DNA of 64,000 nt from Oikopleura dioica (Eukaryota; Animalia; Chordata). Of the stretch, positions 27,793 to 39,658 are shown piece by piece (the first letter of the stretch is position 1; every line of letters begins with the position of its first letter). Made by a program: the position numbers and the translations under genes. Under the pieces are notes generated by a model that was given only the letters and a program-made list of their open reading frames with translations, was not told the origin of the DNA and did not search any database. The DNA lies in the NCBI GenBank assembly GCA_907165135.1, contig OU015569.1:11594001-11658000 (forward strand), read 5' to 3'.

Positions 27793-29757
27793 TCAGGCTG
27801 ACGCTGCTTGCTCCTCCTCGACTTCAGGTTCCCTTCTTGTCAGCACGGGTTCTTTCTTTTTATCAACGACATCGGCGTCAATATAAACTAAAGCAAAGTT
27901 TAGTAAATAATCAATTCTAGCACAGGGACTCTTAATTGAAAGGCACTTACCAGAGGTAATGTCAGAGCCAGGAATTTCATATTTTACAGTTTTGAGAAGA
28001 TTGTGCATCGAAGAGTTGAGGCCTCGCGCACCAGTGCCGCGTTCGATGGCGATTTGGGCGATGCGCTCGAACGCCTCATCCGTGATCTCCAGCTCGACAG
28101 GGGCGAGCAGCGAGCGGTACTGCTTCACGATCGCGTTGTCCGGCTCGTTGAGGATTCTGACGAAGTCCGCCTGTGTCAGGTTCATGATCGGGCAAAGAAC
28201 TAAAGAAGAAAATCAACTTCTCTTCCTTGCTTTCGAATTCTGACCTTGAAGGCGACCGACAAACTCGGGGATGAGACCAAACTTGTGCAGATCGTCAGGC
28301 TCTATCCTAAGCATGCATGCGTCTTCTTCCTTGTGGCGCTCCTCCATCGCAGCGATTTTGGACTTTTTACTGAGAGAGACTTTTTGAGGCTTCGTCGTGA
28401 AACCAAGAGACTTCTTTTGCAAACGGCTTTGAATGAGCTTCGGCAGTCCAGTGAACGCACCCGAACAGATGAAGAGAATATCAGAAGTGTCCACTAAAAC
28501 CATACGATTAGGGGTAGGGTTTGAACCAAGATAACGTGCTGCTACTTCTTTTGGTGAATTCGAGCCTTTTTTTGGAGTATAATAATTTGCTTTACCTTGA
28601 ATATTTCCTGCTGCAGGTTTTTTAAACGGATCTTTGACAGAAACAACCGACCCTTCCAGCAATTTGAGCAGTCCTTGCTGAACACCCTCGCCAGAAACAT
28701 CGCGGAAGTTACCGCCGGATAGCTTTCTTGCTGCAATTTTATCGATCTCGTCCAAGTAAACGATACCACGCTGGGCCTTTTCTACATTTCCTCCAGCGTT
28801 TTGCAAAAGCTTTTGAATGACCGATTCGATGTCTTCGCCGACGTAGCCTGCTTGGGTTAGGGCTGTGCAGTCGGCGACGGCGTAGGGGACGTCTAGATAT
28901 TTTGCAAGCGTCTAAAAGTGGGTTTTACCATTGATTTCTATCTATTTTTTGTCTTATTACCTGGACTAGATGTGTTTTTCCAGAGCCAGTTGGGCCCATG
29001 ATTAAAATATTAGACTTGTCAATGAGAACACTCGCGATTTCGCCCTCCGCCGCTTGGGTCTTATTCTCCTGATTAGCCTTGTACTGTAAGTTGTTCTGTA
29101 TCCTCTTGTAGTGATAATGAACAGCGGTGGAGAGCTCCATTTTCGCCGGCTCTTGTCCGATCACGAATCTGTCCAAGTACTGGTGGAATTCTTTCGGCGT
29201 CGGAATTTCTTGAAACGTTTTTCCTTCTGTTAGGCCTGCCTCGCTCGTTTCCTGCGGCTGGCTGTTCGGCTGGTACAGTCGCGTTTCAGATTTGTAGTAC
29301 ATCTTGCAAACTTAAAGAATCAATGTTAACTTGGGCTGCCAACAGGTTGACTATAACTAACTTCTATCCATATAATTCTGATATAATTAGCTCTAAAAGA
29401 CCTTATACGAGGCCTTGTACACATGTTGCGAGTCTAGGATTATGCTACATAACTGTAAGCTACTTGTAAAGAAAAATTAGAGGCATGAATATTTGGCTAG
29501 TTCTAAAAAGTACCTTTGCATTCGAAAAAGCGCGCGCCAATTTGTAACTTGGAGATGGAGACCATGGGCGCTCCGCAATCGGGGCACTTGTGATTGTTAC
29601 CATCATTTCCGCCGTCAGCGCCCCCAGTTCCTCTGTCAAAAGCGCGCAACTGGCAGGTCGAAACTAGCGGTCGGCTGAGTACTCGCACCACTCGCCCTCG
29701 ATGCAGACAAGTCAGCGGGACATGTCGCCGTAACGAACTCATACACGGGTTAGACAT
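27793..29757 (-). CDS. CLPX: Mitochondrial ATP-dependent Clp protease ATP-binding subunit ClpX
   Basis: Targeting-like N-terminus, CPDC Zn motif, Walker [21 protein letters not shown], Walker [33 protein letters not shown]. Confidence 0.96.
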
Positions 29758-30043
29758 TTTAATTTTTCACTGCTGTTTTTTTTTCGAATAATAATTTAGC
29801 CTCGAGGGAGAAAAAATAAAACTAGCGCTGTAATGACAGCGGGTTACATAACTCTTCGAGAAAGAACCAATGCTAACAATTCACAATCAACGGACACTAC
29901 TTTTAATCGATTGAAATCGATACTATTTTTCATTCAAATTTTCCGAATGTTTATGATAATCATTAAACTGCTTATTGATTTTCCAAGTAATTAATTCTCC
30001 AACATTTCATATTTTTCGACTTGGAATGTTCTATTGTTGACGT

Positions 30044-30153
30044 CAGGGCTCGACAACATGTGTGGAAACCTGAGTCAAGATAACCTTTGATAAAAAGCCG
30101 TGTTATCAAAGCTATTTGAAACCTGACTCAGGTTTCTACACATGTCGCCGAGG
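30044..30153. mobile_element. MITE family A short copy
   Basis: cagggctcgacaacatgtgtggaaacctgagtca ... cctgactcaggtttctacacatgtcgccgag form inverted arms. Confidence 0.75.
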
Positions 30154-30456
30154 TCGCCAGATTGACCTGAATTATATAACCCTGCCCGGAAAGCCATAAC
30201 TGCTTGTGAAAACTACTTTCTGAAGTAGAATAATTCGCGTTCTAGAAAATAAAACAGCTGTTAATAATTCGTAGAAACGTAGATTTTCAGAGGTCGTTTA
30301 TTGATTCAGAAATCGACTCTTCAATATTGCACTTCATAAAAGGGAAGGAACAGAGGCCGGCTGAAATTTAGACTGAAAAAACTCTGGCTGAGCGAGAGAA
30401 AAAAATTGCTAAATTTGTCCGGCGGCCAACAATTGGCCAAAGCAACGAGTTTTTTT

Positions 30457-33391
30457 CTAGGCAATGATGTGTTGTGGCTCTTCTTCGATGATGTGCGTTT
30501 CTTCGTATTCCTTGAGCTTCTGTTGGGCGAAATCGATGTTGGCACGGGCCATTGCCTGGCGGATGCTGAGCTCCCAGCCAGATAGAACTGAAGTCACCGT
30601 CAAACCAGATCTTTACATAGAGAAAGAGGGACCGCCATATCAGCCTCTTTGTTTACCTTGAGTTAGAGTAACAACATGGCTCCCGAGAGAGTACTGCCTC
30701 TCATGGAAGATCAATTTCTGGGTTTGAATGAAATCGGTTCCTTCTTCCAATGTTTCGACCATGTGTTGTTCCATGTTGTCATCAGTATTTTCAACAATCG
30801 GCGATATATTCGGATAATCAGCAGGAATCGTTATACTAGAATATTAAATAAAGCTTCAGTACTATTTCTTAAATTGTAAGGCAATGCCGAGCTCAGCTTT
30901 TTTACTTACTAAAGAGGTCTGACAGGAGGTAGAGTTGGATCATTGAGCTCGACGACGATATGAATGTCGCCCTTGGTGTTGTGGCAGGAATCGTTGAGTT
31001 TGACGGAGAATTTCTTGTCCAAAGAAGCGACTTCTCCTTGAAGAATCAATGGGATGGTGTGTTTCCGCGCTGGGAGATTTTCCTCTTTTTGGTTGATCGC
31101 GTAGGGCGCAGGGTCTGGTCGGACTTTGTCCAAAACCGGCTTGAAGGTCCGACTGAGTGTGTGGTTGATGTTGGGCTTGGAGATGTGGGCAATGACGACG
31201 TCAAGCAGCGCCTGGCAGGGATGGTTGTTGTTGTTCTTCGGTGTGTAGTCGTTTTGCTGCTGATTTTCGACCAGCATCTGCTTGCAAAACGCCTCCACTT
31301 TGTCTAGCAATTGAATGTCGTGGATTTCTTGGCCGAGGATGATCGCTCGCACCTTTAGTAAAATGGTTTTGGTTGAATTAGATGCTGTTTTGAAACCTTT
31401 GTGGCAGGGTCATTGATTCGCGGCACGGTTTGGTTGGTTTCGTTTCTAGCAATCATTCGATTCAGCGGCTCGATGTATCGTTGCAGCCGGCGGAGTTTTT
31501 CTTTGTAGAAGCGTTGCTGCTCCTCGTCATTTTCGCGCTTGATCTGTGGATTTTGCGCGTTACCCGGATGAGCGCCTTGATGCATGTTTCCTTGGCCATG
31601 AGAGCCCATGCTCGCATTTTGAGGCATTCCGCCGGCGTTTGGTCCAGCCATTCCGGAGTTCATCTGCTGCTGTGGGCTTGGAACATGTTGATTTTGGACG
31701 CGCTAGAAAATGATTGTCTAGATATCGTTTTTTCTAAGAAGGTGAAATATATTGCGGTTCCCATAGTTGTTATAAAAGTAAGATTCACTAAAATTGAACA
31801 TTGACTCTTTGATTATTTTTACTCGACTCTTGATCTTTGGCTTGATTTATTATCGTAAAGAGAGTTCTTCCAGCTTTTGAGAAAGACTAGATCGGGACTT
31901 TTCAGATTCGGCTTTGGCAGCGCGCTCAGCTTCGAGTTCTTTCTCGAGCTCCTCAACTCGTGCCGTGAGTTCCCTTATCTTCATGTGGAGCTGAGCAACA
32001 ACCGCCGGCCCGTACTGAAAATGTCACGAATGGGATTTACTCAGTCAGCTCTACAGTGCTGTGAATTTGACGTGCTGTTCGAAATCGAAAATGACGATGA
32101 ATTTAGCTTGATTGAAGCCTATAAAGGCTCTATATGATTTCATTAACGTATTCCTAGCTGAATGGGAACATAATGAATGATCATAAGTGGGTTTGTCATA
32201 CCCTGCATGCGACAGTTCGGTATAAAAAACGAGATGGAGGGTTTACCTGTTGCTGCTGAAAATTTTGTTGGTTCTGAAAGGCGCCCGGCTGCTGTGGCAT
32301 CCAGCGTTGGCCCATTTGCTGCTGCTGAACGCCTTGAAAAGGCATGTAATTCAACCATCAACTAATAAAAATTAAACTAGTACCATGATGCTTCAATTTG
32401 AATTTCAAGATTTGTTCATAATTGCCAAATTAACGAGAAATAGTCAGAACTGAAAGGACGCCATTTTTGGAAAAAAAAGATATTGAAACTCATTCCTGAT
32501 GGATCTGCTGCGCTTGTGGCTGCGGATGGCCGGGTGGTTGGACTTGATTGTGCTGTTGTTGATTGTTCGGGTTGTTTCGGTTGCCCGAGTTCTGCTGAAA
32601 AAATGTTTCAAAAGAACTTATCGGAAAGAAATCCCGGATGCTCTTTCTTTGATTGTCGAAAAAAAGAACATCTGGCGATTAAAAACGAGCATGAAAGAAC
32701 CAATTTAGTCAAAAGCCGATATCTCAATTCTTCTTTCTTCCAAAATGTCATCAAAAAAGGGAAACGAAATAACCTGATACTCTAAAAAAGGCTCAAAAAA
32801 CACAATCAAAGTCTGCCATTCAATTTTTTAATGGTTGTTAGAGGTTAATGAGGCGTTTGATGAGCCGATCCTTGGAGCTTGGAGATCAACTTCGATGCCA
32901 GGTTGACGTATTCGTTCTTGTCTTTCACGAGTTGCCCGAGTGTGTTCATTTTTGCTCTGTTTTTTGAGGAATTAACGTTTTCGAGTGAACAACTTGGCTG
33001 TGGACTTTGAAAAGAGTTGCTGCTCCCAAGTGGCGGCCTTCTCGGAACCGGAGTTGTCGACCTCCTGGCGAGATATATCACGATTTTACTACTGACTACA
33101 TCTTGCTTTGAAACTGAGGACTCCTGAGTTATCGAGAAGAAATCGAGAAATCCAAGATGGGTTTCTTGAAAGAAGACAGACCCTAACTCAGGCTTTCAAC
33201 ACAAATTCCCGAGCACAAATAGACAGTATTATTCCTCAGTTTTCTACAGACTACAAAAGCGACATATGATCTAGATCTCCTTCCTGCAGATACTGATGTA
33301 TCTGATTCCGCACCCGCGTTCGAAACGAGTCCGAGCGCCAGTCGTCATTGTCCGCCTGCTGCTGCGGATGATGATTCTGCTGGTAACTCAT
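30457..33391 (-). CDS. MED15: Mediator subunit 15
   Basis: KIX domain ([16 protein letters not shown]; WEQQLFSK; [11 protein letters not shown]), Q-rich middle, and C-terminal [42 protein letters not shown]. Confidence 0.88.
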
Positions 33392-33514
33392 TTCAGACTG
33401 AATTGGCGCAGGAGTTTATTCACAGTGAAAAAATATAATTTATTTTTGAAATTTAAAAATATAGAAATTCAAAACAAGAGAAAGAAGAGAGAACTGAAGT
33501 GGCGCTTGGCTCTT

Positions 33515-35015
33515 TTAGGAAGTGACGATGTCCGATGGCTTCACTTTTTGGCGATTCACCATTCTGATCGGAGCCAGATCCACTACTCGCGGAGAGCGTT
33601 GAGAACCTTTTCAGGCTTATAACAAATTTTCCTTCGATTGAGAATTTAATATTTTTTATAAACAATCCTTTGGCAATTGCTCTTGGTCCAATTTCGTCCA
33701 TCGATACGCCGCACGGGAAGTTGGCATGAGTGATGATTTGGGTGTTGCACTTGACGGGTTTGTTGTTTTCTCGCACTTTTGTAATTCGCCGCGGCCGGTT
33801 CAGCAGAGCAGGAGGGGCGCTCGTCGAGGAAGCCTCACTCATCGAGGACGGAGACTCGATCTTGTAAGACGTTCGGTTCTTGCTGGCGCGGGGCAACTGA
33901 TCCACGCCGATTTTAGCAACGCTGATAACATTGCCTACTTCGTCGTACTCGACCAAATGCTAAAATTAACAACGCTAGAATCTACCCGAAAAGGAAAAAA
34001 ACTGACCTTCGAGGCGGCCTTGACTGATCCACGGAAAGAGTCGGTTCCGTACTTTTGAATCTTCGGGAGAGGATTCAAACCTCCTTTGCCAGATGGCGGA
34101 ATAACGGGCGAAAGAAGCAGCTGAAAAGTGACTAGAATTCGCTGAAGGAAAGAAAACGGGTACCTCTGCTTCGTCGCTCAGAAGAGGCGAAGGAGTTAGA
34201 CTTCCTTTTTTGATCTTTGGGGAGTCTTTTCGTCGTCCGTTTATCTAATCATCAATTAGGCGAGTTCAATAGTTGAAATGAAAAAGGGAAGATGGAATTG
34301 CGAACACTCCTACTAAAATTTACCGTTCTGTTGACCGAGAGTTTCTTCGGCGGGGGAATAGGAGATTCAAACTCTGGAGTGTTTGGTGTGTTCTGCAGCT
34401 GCTCCTCTGAAATCAGCGTACTCGAAGTCGAGGCAGAGAGACGAGAGAAAGGCCTGGAAAATAATGGTCATTTGTCGAGTGTTGCTCGTTGAACTGTACC
34501 TATCAGTGGGAGTTCGAATCACCGGCACTTTGTTACTCATCCACGAGTCGATTATCGATACTTTTGGAGGCTCATCTTCTGCCCAGATCTCATCCCGTCC
34601 GAATTCCAGATCTGTCGAGAGGAAATAGTTCTCAACAGTGCACTGAAATTTGTAAGCTTCGAATCTTTCAATTCTTTCGCACCTCTAGAATTTGGCAGAA
34701 GATATCCGCCGCGTAGGCAGATGCCTGTTGCTTCAAAATTCGCGCTTGGCAAGTGTTGAGCGAGTCCTCAACCAAGCTTCCTACTAGGCCGGCGATAAAG
34801 GAGTCTCTCTGAAAGAATGAAGCGCTGAAATCATGGAAGAGAACCGGGACAAATGCTTCTTCAAGCTACTAGTGCGTTTTTACCTCGTCTATGCCCTGCA
34901 GAAAGTCCCAATCGGCCTCCGACACACCTGGAACAAACTCCGAGGAGTTGTTCGCCGACCCCCGATCCTTCCCGCCAACATCGGGGGTCTTAGGTGGCTT
35001 GGCCTTCCCCTTCAT
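33515..35015 (-). CDS. C2orf81/DUF4639-like protein (3' end uncertain)
   Basis: VPGVSEADWDFL..DSFIAGLVGSLV..KQQASAY and WAEDEPPKVSIIDSWMSNKVPV resemble, from recall, the C2orf81 motifs VPGRLSEAEW and WGEDEEP..DSWAQGSVPV. Confidence 0.55.
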
Positions 35016-35402
35016 CGGCGCATTCTTAGCGGGCGGAATGGTGGCTTATTTTTCTGAAAAAGAGATGCTCAGAATAGACGAAAGAAAAGATGATGCTCAA
35101 TTCAGTTATTTTAAACGTATTCCATTATTTAAAAGTATAATCTAGAAATTGCACAGGAATTGCACAGACAGAGGTACTGGGCAGATAGGAATTTATTTTT
35201 TTTATTATCTTTTTTTTTGTTTCGCCCAGTTGATGGTGTTGCTTTGGTGCGCCAGCGGTTGTGGTTGAGTCGGGGAATATGTTTTGTTTTTTTTTCGTTG
35301 TTGCTTTTTTGATAAATGTTTTGTTTTTTGGAGATATGCAGCTGGGTTGAAATATTATCGGTAGTTGAATTATTGAAGAAAAAGGAAAAGCATGTGGGCT
35401 CT

Positions 35403-36306
35403 TTAATAGCGCTGGTCGATCACCTTAAATTTACTTGAAAAATGTGAATAAAGAAAATTTTGCTTACGGTGCCGGAGTCTTCTTTTCCCTGGAATTTCTT
35501 CTTTCCTGAGGTCCATGGAACATACTTATGCTTCATCATATGTCTGATTTGTCGCTTCATCGTGATGACTTTAAGTTTTTAAGTTAGTAAGAGATCAAGC
35601 GAAAAATGGGATATGAAAAGCTACTGTAAGAGCTAATACTAACCGAAGAGCATGATAAAATACATGACAAGAATGGGCCAGAAGACTGGCACGTTGAATC
35701 CTTCAAAGAAAGTCATGGCAAATGAAACGCACGTTGCTCTCGTTGCCCAGCACCAGAACTAGCAAGTACATTTTGGAAAAGAAAGAAAGCCCTTTTTACC
35801 TTGAACTCGGGCAGTCTTCTGATAAAAGGTTTGAACTCGCCGCCTCGGGTGGGCAGCTGTCCGTCGGAATCGTCCTCATCTAATGCATCGTCGTAACTCA
35901 TGGGGTCAACCTTTGGTGTGAGAAACGCGATGAAAAGATTGAGGAAATAAATGTGAAGCGCGTAAGTGATGATGTGGAAGCCGTTGAGATACCTTGATTC
36001 TATTTTAGGGGGTGTTGTGAATATGATGGACTTACCAGACTCGGACCCAGTAAATCATGTAAAGAGTGAAAGCAAAGGACCATCTTGGAACAGTGAGGGG
36101 AACGGTTTTGTCGAGGATAGTTTGAAACTGGCGAGAAATTCGGATTCTTTCAAAGACTAGACAACCATTTTTGACAAAACTGCCAACTAGGGTTAGGTTT
36201 AGGAGCCTCCTCCCAACCCTTACCCAACTTAGCTCATACACAACAGTTATTTTAGTCCTTTCCTAAGCTGCTCAAGTTTTCCAGGGGTGTTGCCAGACGA
36301 TTCCAT
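35403..36306 (-). CDS. RER1: Golgi-ER retrieval receptor Rer1
   Basis: [82 protein letters not shown]. Confidence 0.93.
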
Positions 36307-36878
36307 ATCGAGTAATTGAGTGACAATTGAGGACTCTGAACAAAACGTAAAGAAGCATTTGTTTGTTTACTTATCTGGTCAAAGCAGAGAGGCAGAAGAC
36401 CTCTGTGATCAAACCGAATATATTTTTATAATATTTAAAGTTGTTTAGGTAACGACGGATGCGGGAAAGCGTTAGTTGAAAACTTTTTTGAACGATTAAA
36501 TTTTTTGTGTGTTTTTTGCTGAGACTTTTTTGCAGTGAGATTAGATAGAAAAGCGTTTGAACGAGTATACTTGTGATTTTTGAGCAGGTAAAAGTGGAAA
36601 TAAGTTTAGTGCACATTTAGCATGACAAACTTGAAACAAGAAATAAAGATACCGCAAAAAATCAATGATCTTGGCGGGTCTTACCTTCAAATTAAAGGCT
36701 TTAATAGATGCACTGTGGAAACAGTCTTCCACAAAGAAGAGGGTACTGGAGCGCTTTTGCCGATCTCAGGCCTCCAGTTGATATCTGTTGGATATTATAT
36801 GTAGTTTAAAGTGAATGAAGATACATAGTAATGCGACGTCAGCTTTTCATTTCATAGAATATGGAATAAAGATCGAAT

Positions 36879-37471
36879 GACGTGCTTTTTTTAAGGTTCC
36901 TGGATTTAAACAACCGATTTACACCTTTTTATACCTGGAACATCATACAGATTTGGAATCAGCAGAAAAAATCTAGAAATTTGACCCTTTTAGGTTTCTA
37001 AAAATCACTTCCGGTTGCGATTCTAGAGCCAGAAGTTGGCGAAATTTATGAGAATGGCATGCATGTGACCTATCAAATTGAAGCTTAGAACATTTCCAGT
37101 CACTTGAAAGAGGAATTAAATCGAAACACGGTCAAAACGACCGGTAAAACCAGAAAACAAAATCGATTTTTCTGGGCTTTTTTAAGAATTTCAAATTAAA
37201 GGAAAACAAATTAAACCAAATAAAAACTGAATCTGACCGCGCGCAAATGATTTAAAATGTTCTACGCTTCAATTTGAAAGGTCATTTGCATGCCATTCTC
37301 ATAAATTTCGCCAACTTCCGGCTCTAGAATCGCAACCGGAAGTGATTTTTGGAAACCTAAAAGGGTCAAAGTTCTAGATTTTTTCTGCTGATTCCAAATC
37401 TGTATGATGTTCCAGGTAAAAAAAGGTAGAAAGTGGTTTTTTAAATCCAGGAACCTTAAAAAAAGCACGTC
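36879..37471. mobile_element. 593-bp non-autonomous TIR element with ~215-bp arms and AAT target duplication
   Basis: 36879-37096 is the reverse complement of 37256-37471 (few mismatches); flanks read aat|GACGTGC ... GCACGTC|aat. Confidence 0.88.
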
Positions 37472-38576
37472 AATGGAGTGTGATTGGCAAAAGAGCATGA
37501 GTACACCCTTCTTCGTGGAAGACGGTTTCCACAAAGCCTTTTTTACTAAATTAAAAACTTGCGAAGATCGTTGGTCAATGCGGTAAAAGAATGAAACGAT
37601 GATGCAAAATAAAGTTGGGCAGATGAATCTGTATCTGATAGATACGCACTGCGAGAATGGTACTTAAAGTATCGCATCGATTCGATTTCGAACAATCGAA
37701 CTATCGGAGAGGCAGTTTTTTATCCCTTTTTGCTTGTGATACGCATGCACCACCGAAAAAATAAAAATAGAATGAAGTAGATGATTAGTGAAGAAGAAAA
37801 AAAGAGAACGAGACGGGTGTTTTATCAATGGAACGAGTCCGAGGATAGGCGCGAGTTCCGAATCTCGGAACGGACGATCTCGCGAATTTGGCTCAAGAAA
37901 TCGGCCTGAAAAACTAACAGTTCCTGGCGCAGGGCTTTCTGCATTTGCTGCATTTTGGAGACTTCGCAAACTTCACCAGCGGTTTCTGACGAGTAATCCG
38001 AGCTAGAAATAAGATTTAAACATAATAAGCAGATAAATAATTAAAAAAGATGAATATAATGCATAGAGGATTCCAATTTTTTCCCTTCTTTGGTTTAATC
38101 ATTTTTATTGGACGGCAGTTTATGGAACCGTGAAATTTCAAGCAATCAACATCAAACGAAATAAAGATCAAAATCAAGGGCACATAGATTTCTTTTGATT
38201 ATATAAAGAAAAATTCATCTGGAAAGGAACATTCGAAAAAATGATACGATCATAGTTGTGAGAATTTTTGTTTATTAAACAGAACAACTAATTGTTGTTA
38301 AATATTTTCAAAATGATGCATTTGCAAATACTTGGCTGAACTTCATATCATCTACCACAATTTCTGCAAATAAAATCATACTACAGTAGTAACTGTTAAA
38401 AAGCTGAAAGCATCTCGTTACTATTTAAAAACTTTACTAAATAATAGGTGAAAATTATCTTTGTCCATTTACGATAGAAAAAAACCTTGAATCTTGGGGC
38501 TGAATCGTCGATTGAACTTGGTTTTGAACTTCTGTCGGGTTGTTTGTAGTTTGCACGCGCGTTTGAAGACACCTTT

Positions 38577-39511
38577 TTAATTCATCGCTGAAGTTTTGTT
38601 GTGTACTTTCTTTGCCTTTCTAAACCAACTTTGAGACCTCTTCCTGACTTTCAACGACCCTACCGGTTGTGTTACAATTTCTGCTGCTTGAGCTTGTTGC
38701 GGTGATTTTTCTTCTTTTCTCGGATTCAGCGTCACTTTGTTTTTGGTCATTTGACTTGAGCTGCTTTGATAAGGAGTTCGCGTTGCTTGCATTTCCGAGG
38801 AGTGAATATTTTGGTTGATATCGGGTTGTTGATGGACTGCCGAACTTGAATTATCAAGATGCAACTTTGACAACTGATTTGCAGCTGATTCCGCGACTCG
38901 CAGTTCTTTTACGTGGCTCTCGCAAGGCCACGCTATTCGGCCGCACACGTAGTCCAGACACTTGTTCATCCAAAGCGAGAAGTTTTGGGCTTCTTCTTGT
39001 GACAAGAAATTTAGCCTAAAAAGAGACAAATTAGAATTGAGAAAATTGAAAGAAGAGAACTCTAGTTTGTTTCTATCGAGCAGAATCCGCGGAAACATAT
39101 TTTTGGCCTCTTAATTTTCAACAATTTTCTCAACGAAAACCCCTTATAAACGCAGGTTTCCCAAAAAAATGCTGGAAAATCTGGTACTCTTCGTTGATTT
39201 CCAAACTATTTCAAAGTAAAACTTTTCACTACTCACCCATAAACGGATCCACTGTGTCGCCATTGATGAAAAGTCGCAGTTGCTTCATTGTAAATCAATC
39301 CTCTGACAATGGAGCAATGAACGGAGAGCTCCTGCGTATCGTTCTTTCGTCCAACGACGCGGAACGAGCGATTCTGCGGGTGCTGATAGATGCAAACGCG
39401 CGAGATACCATTCCCAGAGCAAGGATACCAGCGCTTCTCTGTTTGATTGTACATCATTACTGAAGCGCGGACGGAGCAAACTGGTGATTCCAAACTTGAT
39501 CCAGAGTCCAT
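38577..39511 (-). CDS. Ena/VASP-type EVH1-domain protein lacking EVH2
   Basis: VRASVMMY..KRWYP..SRVCIY..SFRVVGRK..YNEATATFHQWR..YG|LNFLSQEEA; one GT-AG intron; S/Q-rich tail ending SAMN*. Confidence 0.85.
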
Positions 39512-39658
39512 TCTAGAGAATTTAAAGAGTGGTTTTAAGAAGTGAAAGGTCGAACGATAGAATAGAATATAATGTAGCAGTACGAAGTTTAATAGTATTC
39601 ATAAGACTATACTCGTCGATTTGATCATCTTTCCTAAAGTAAATCCCAATTTAATGAA

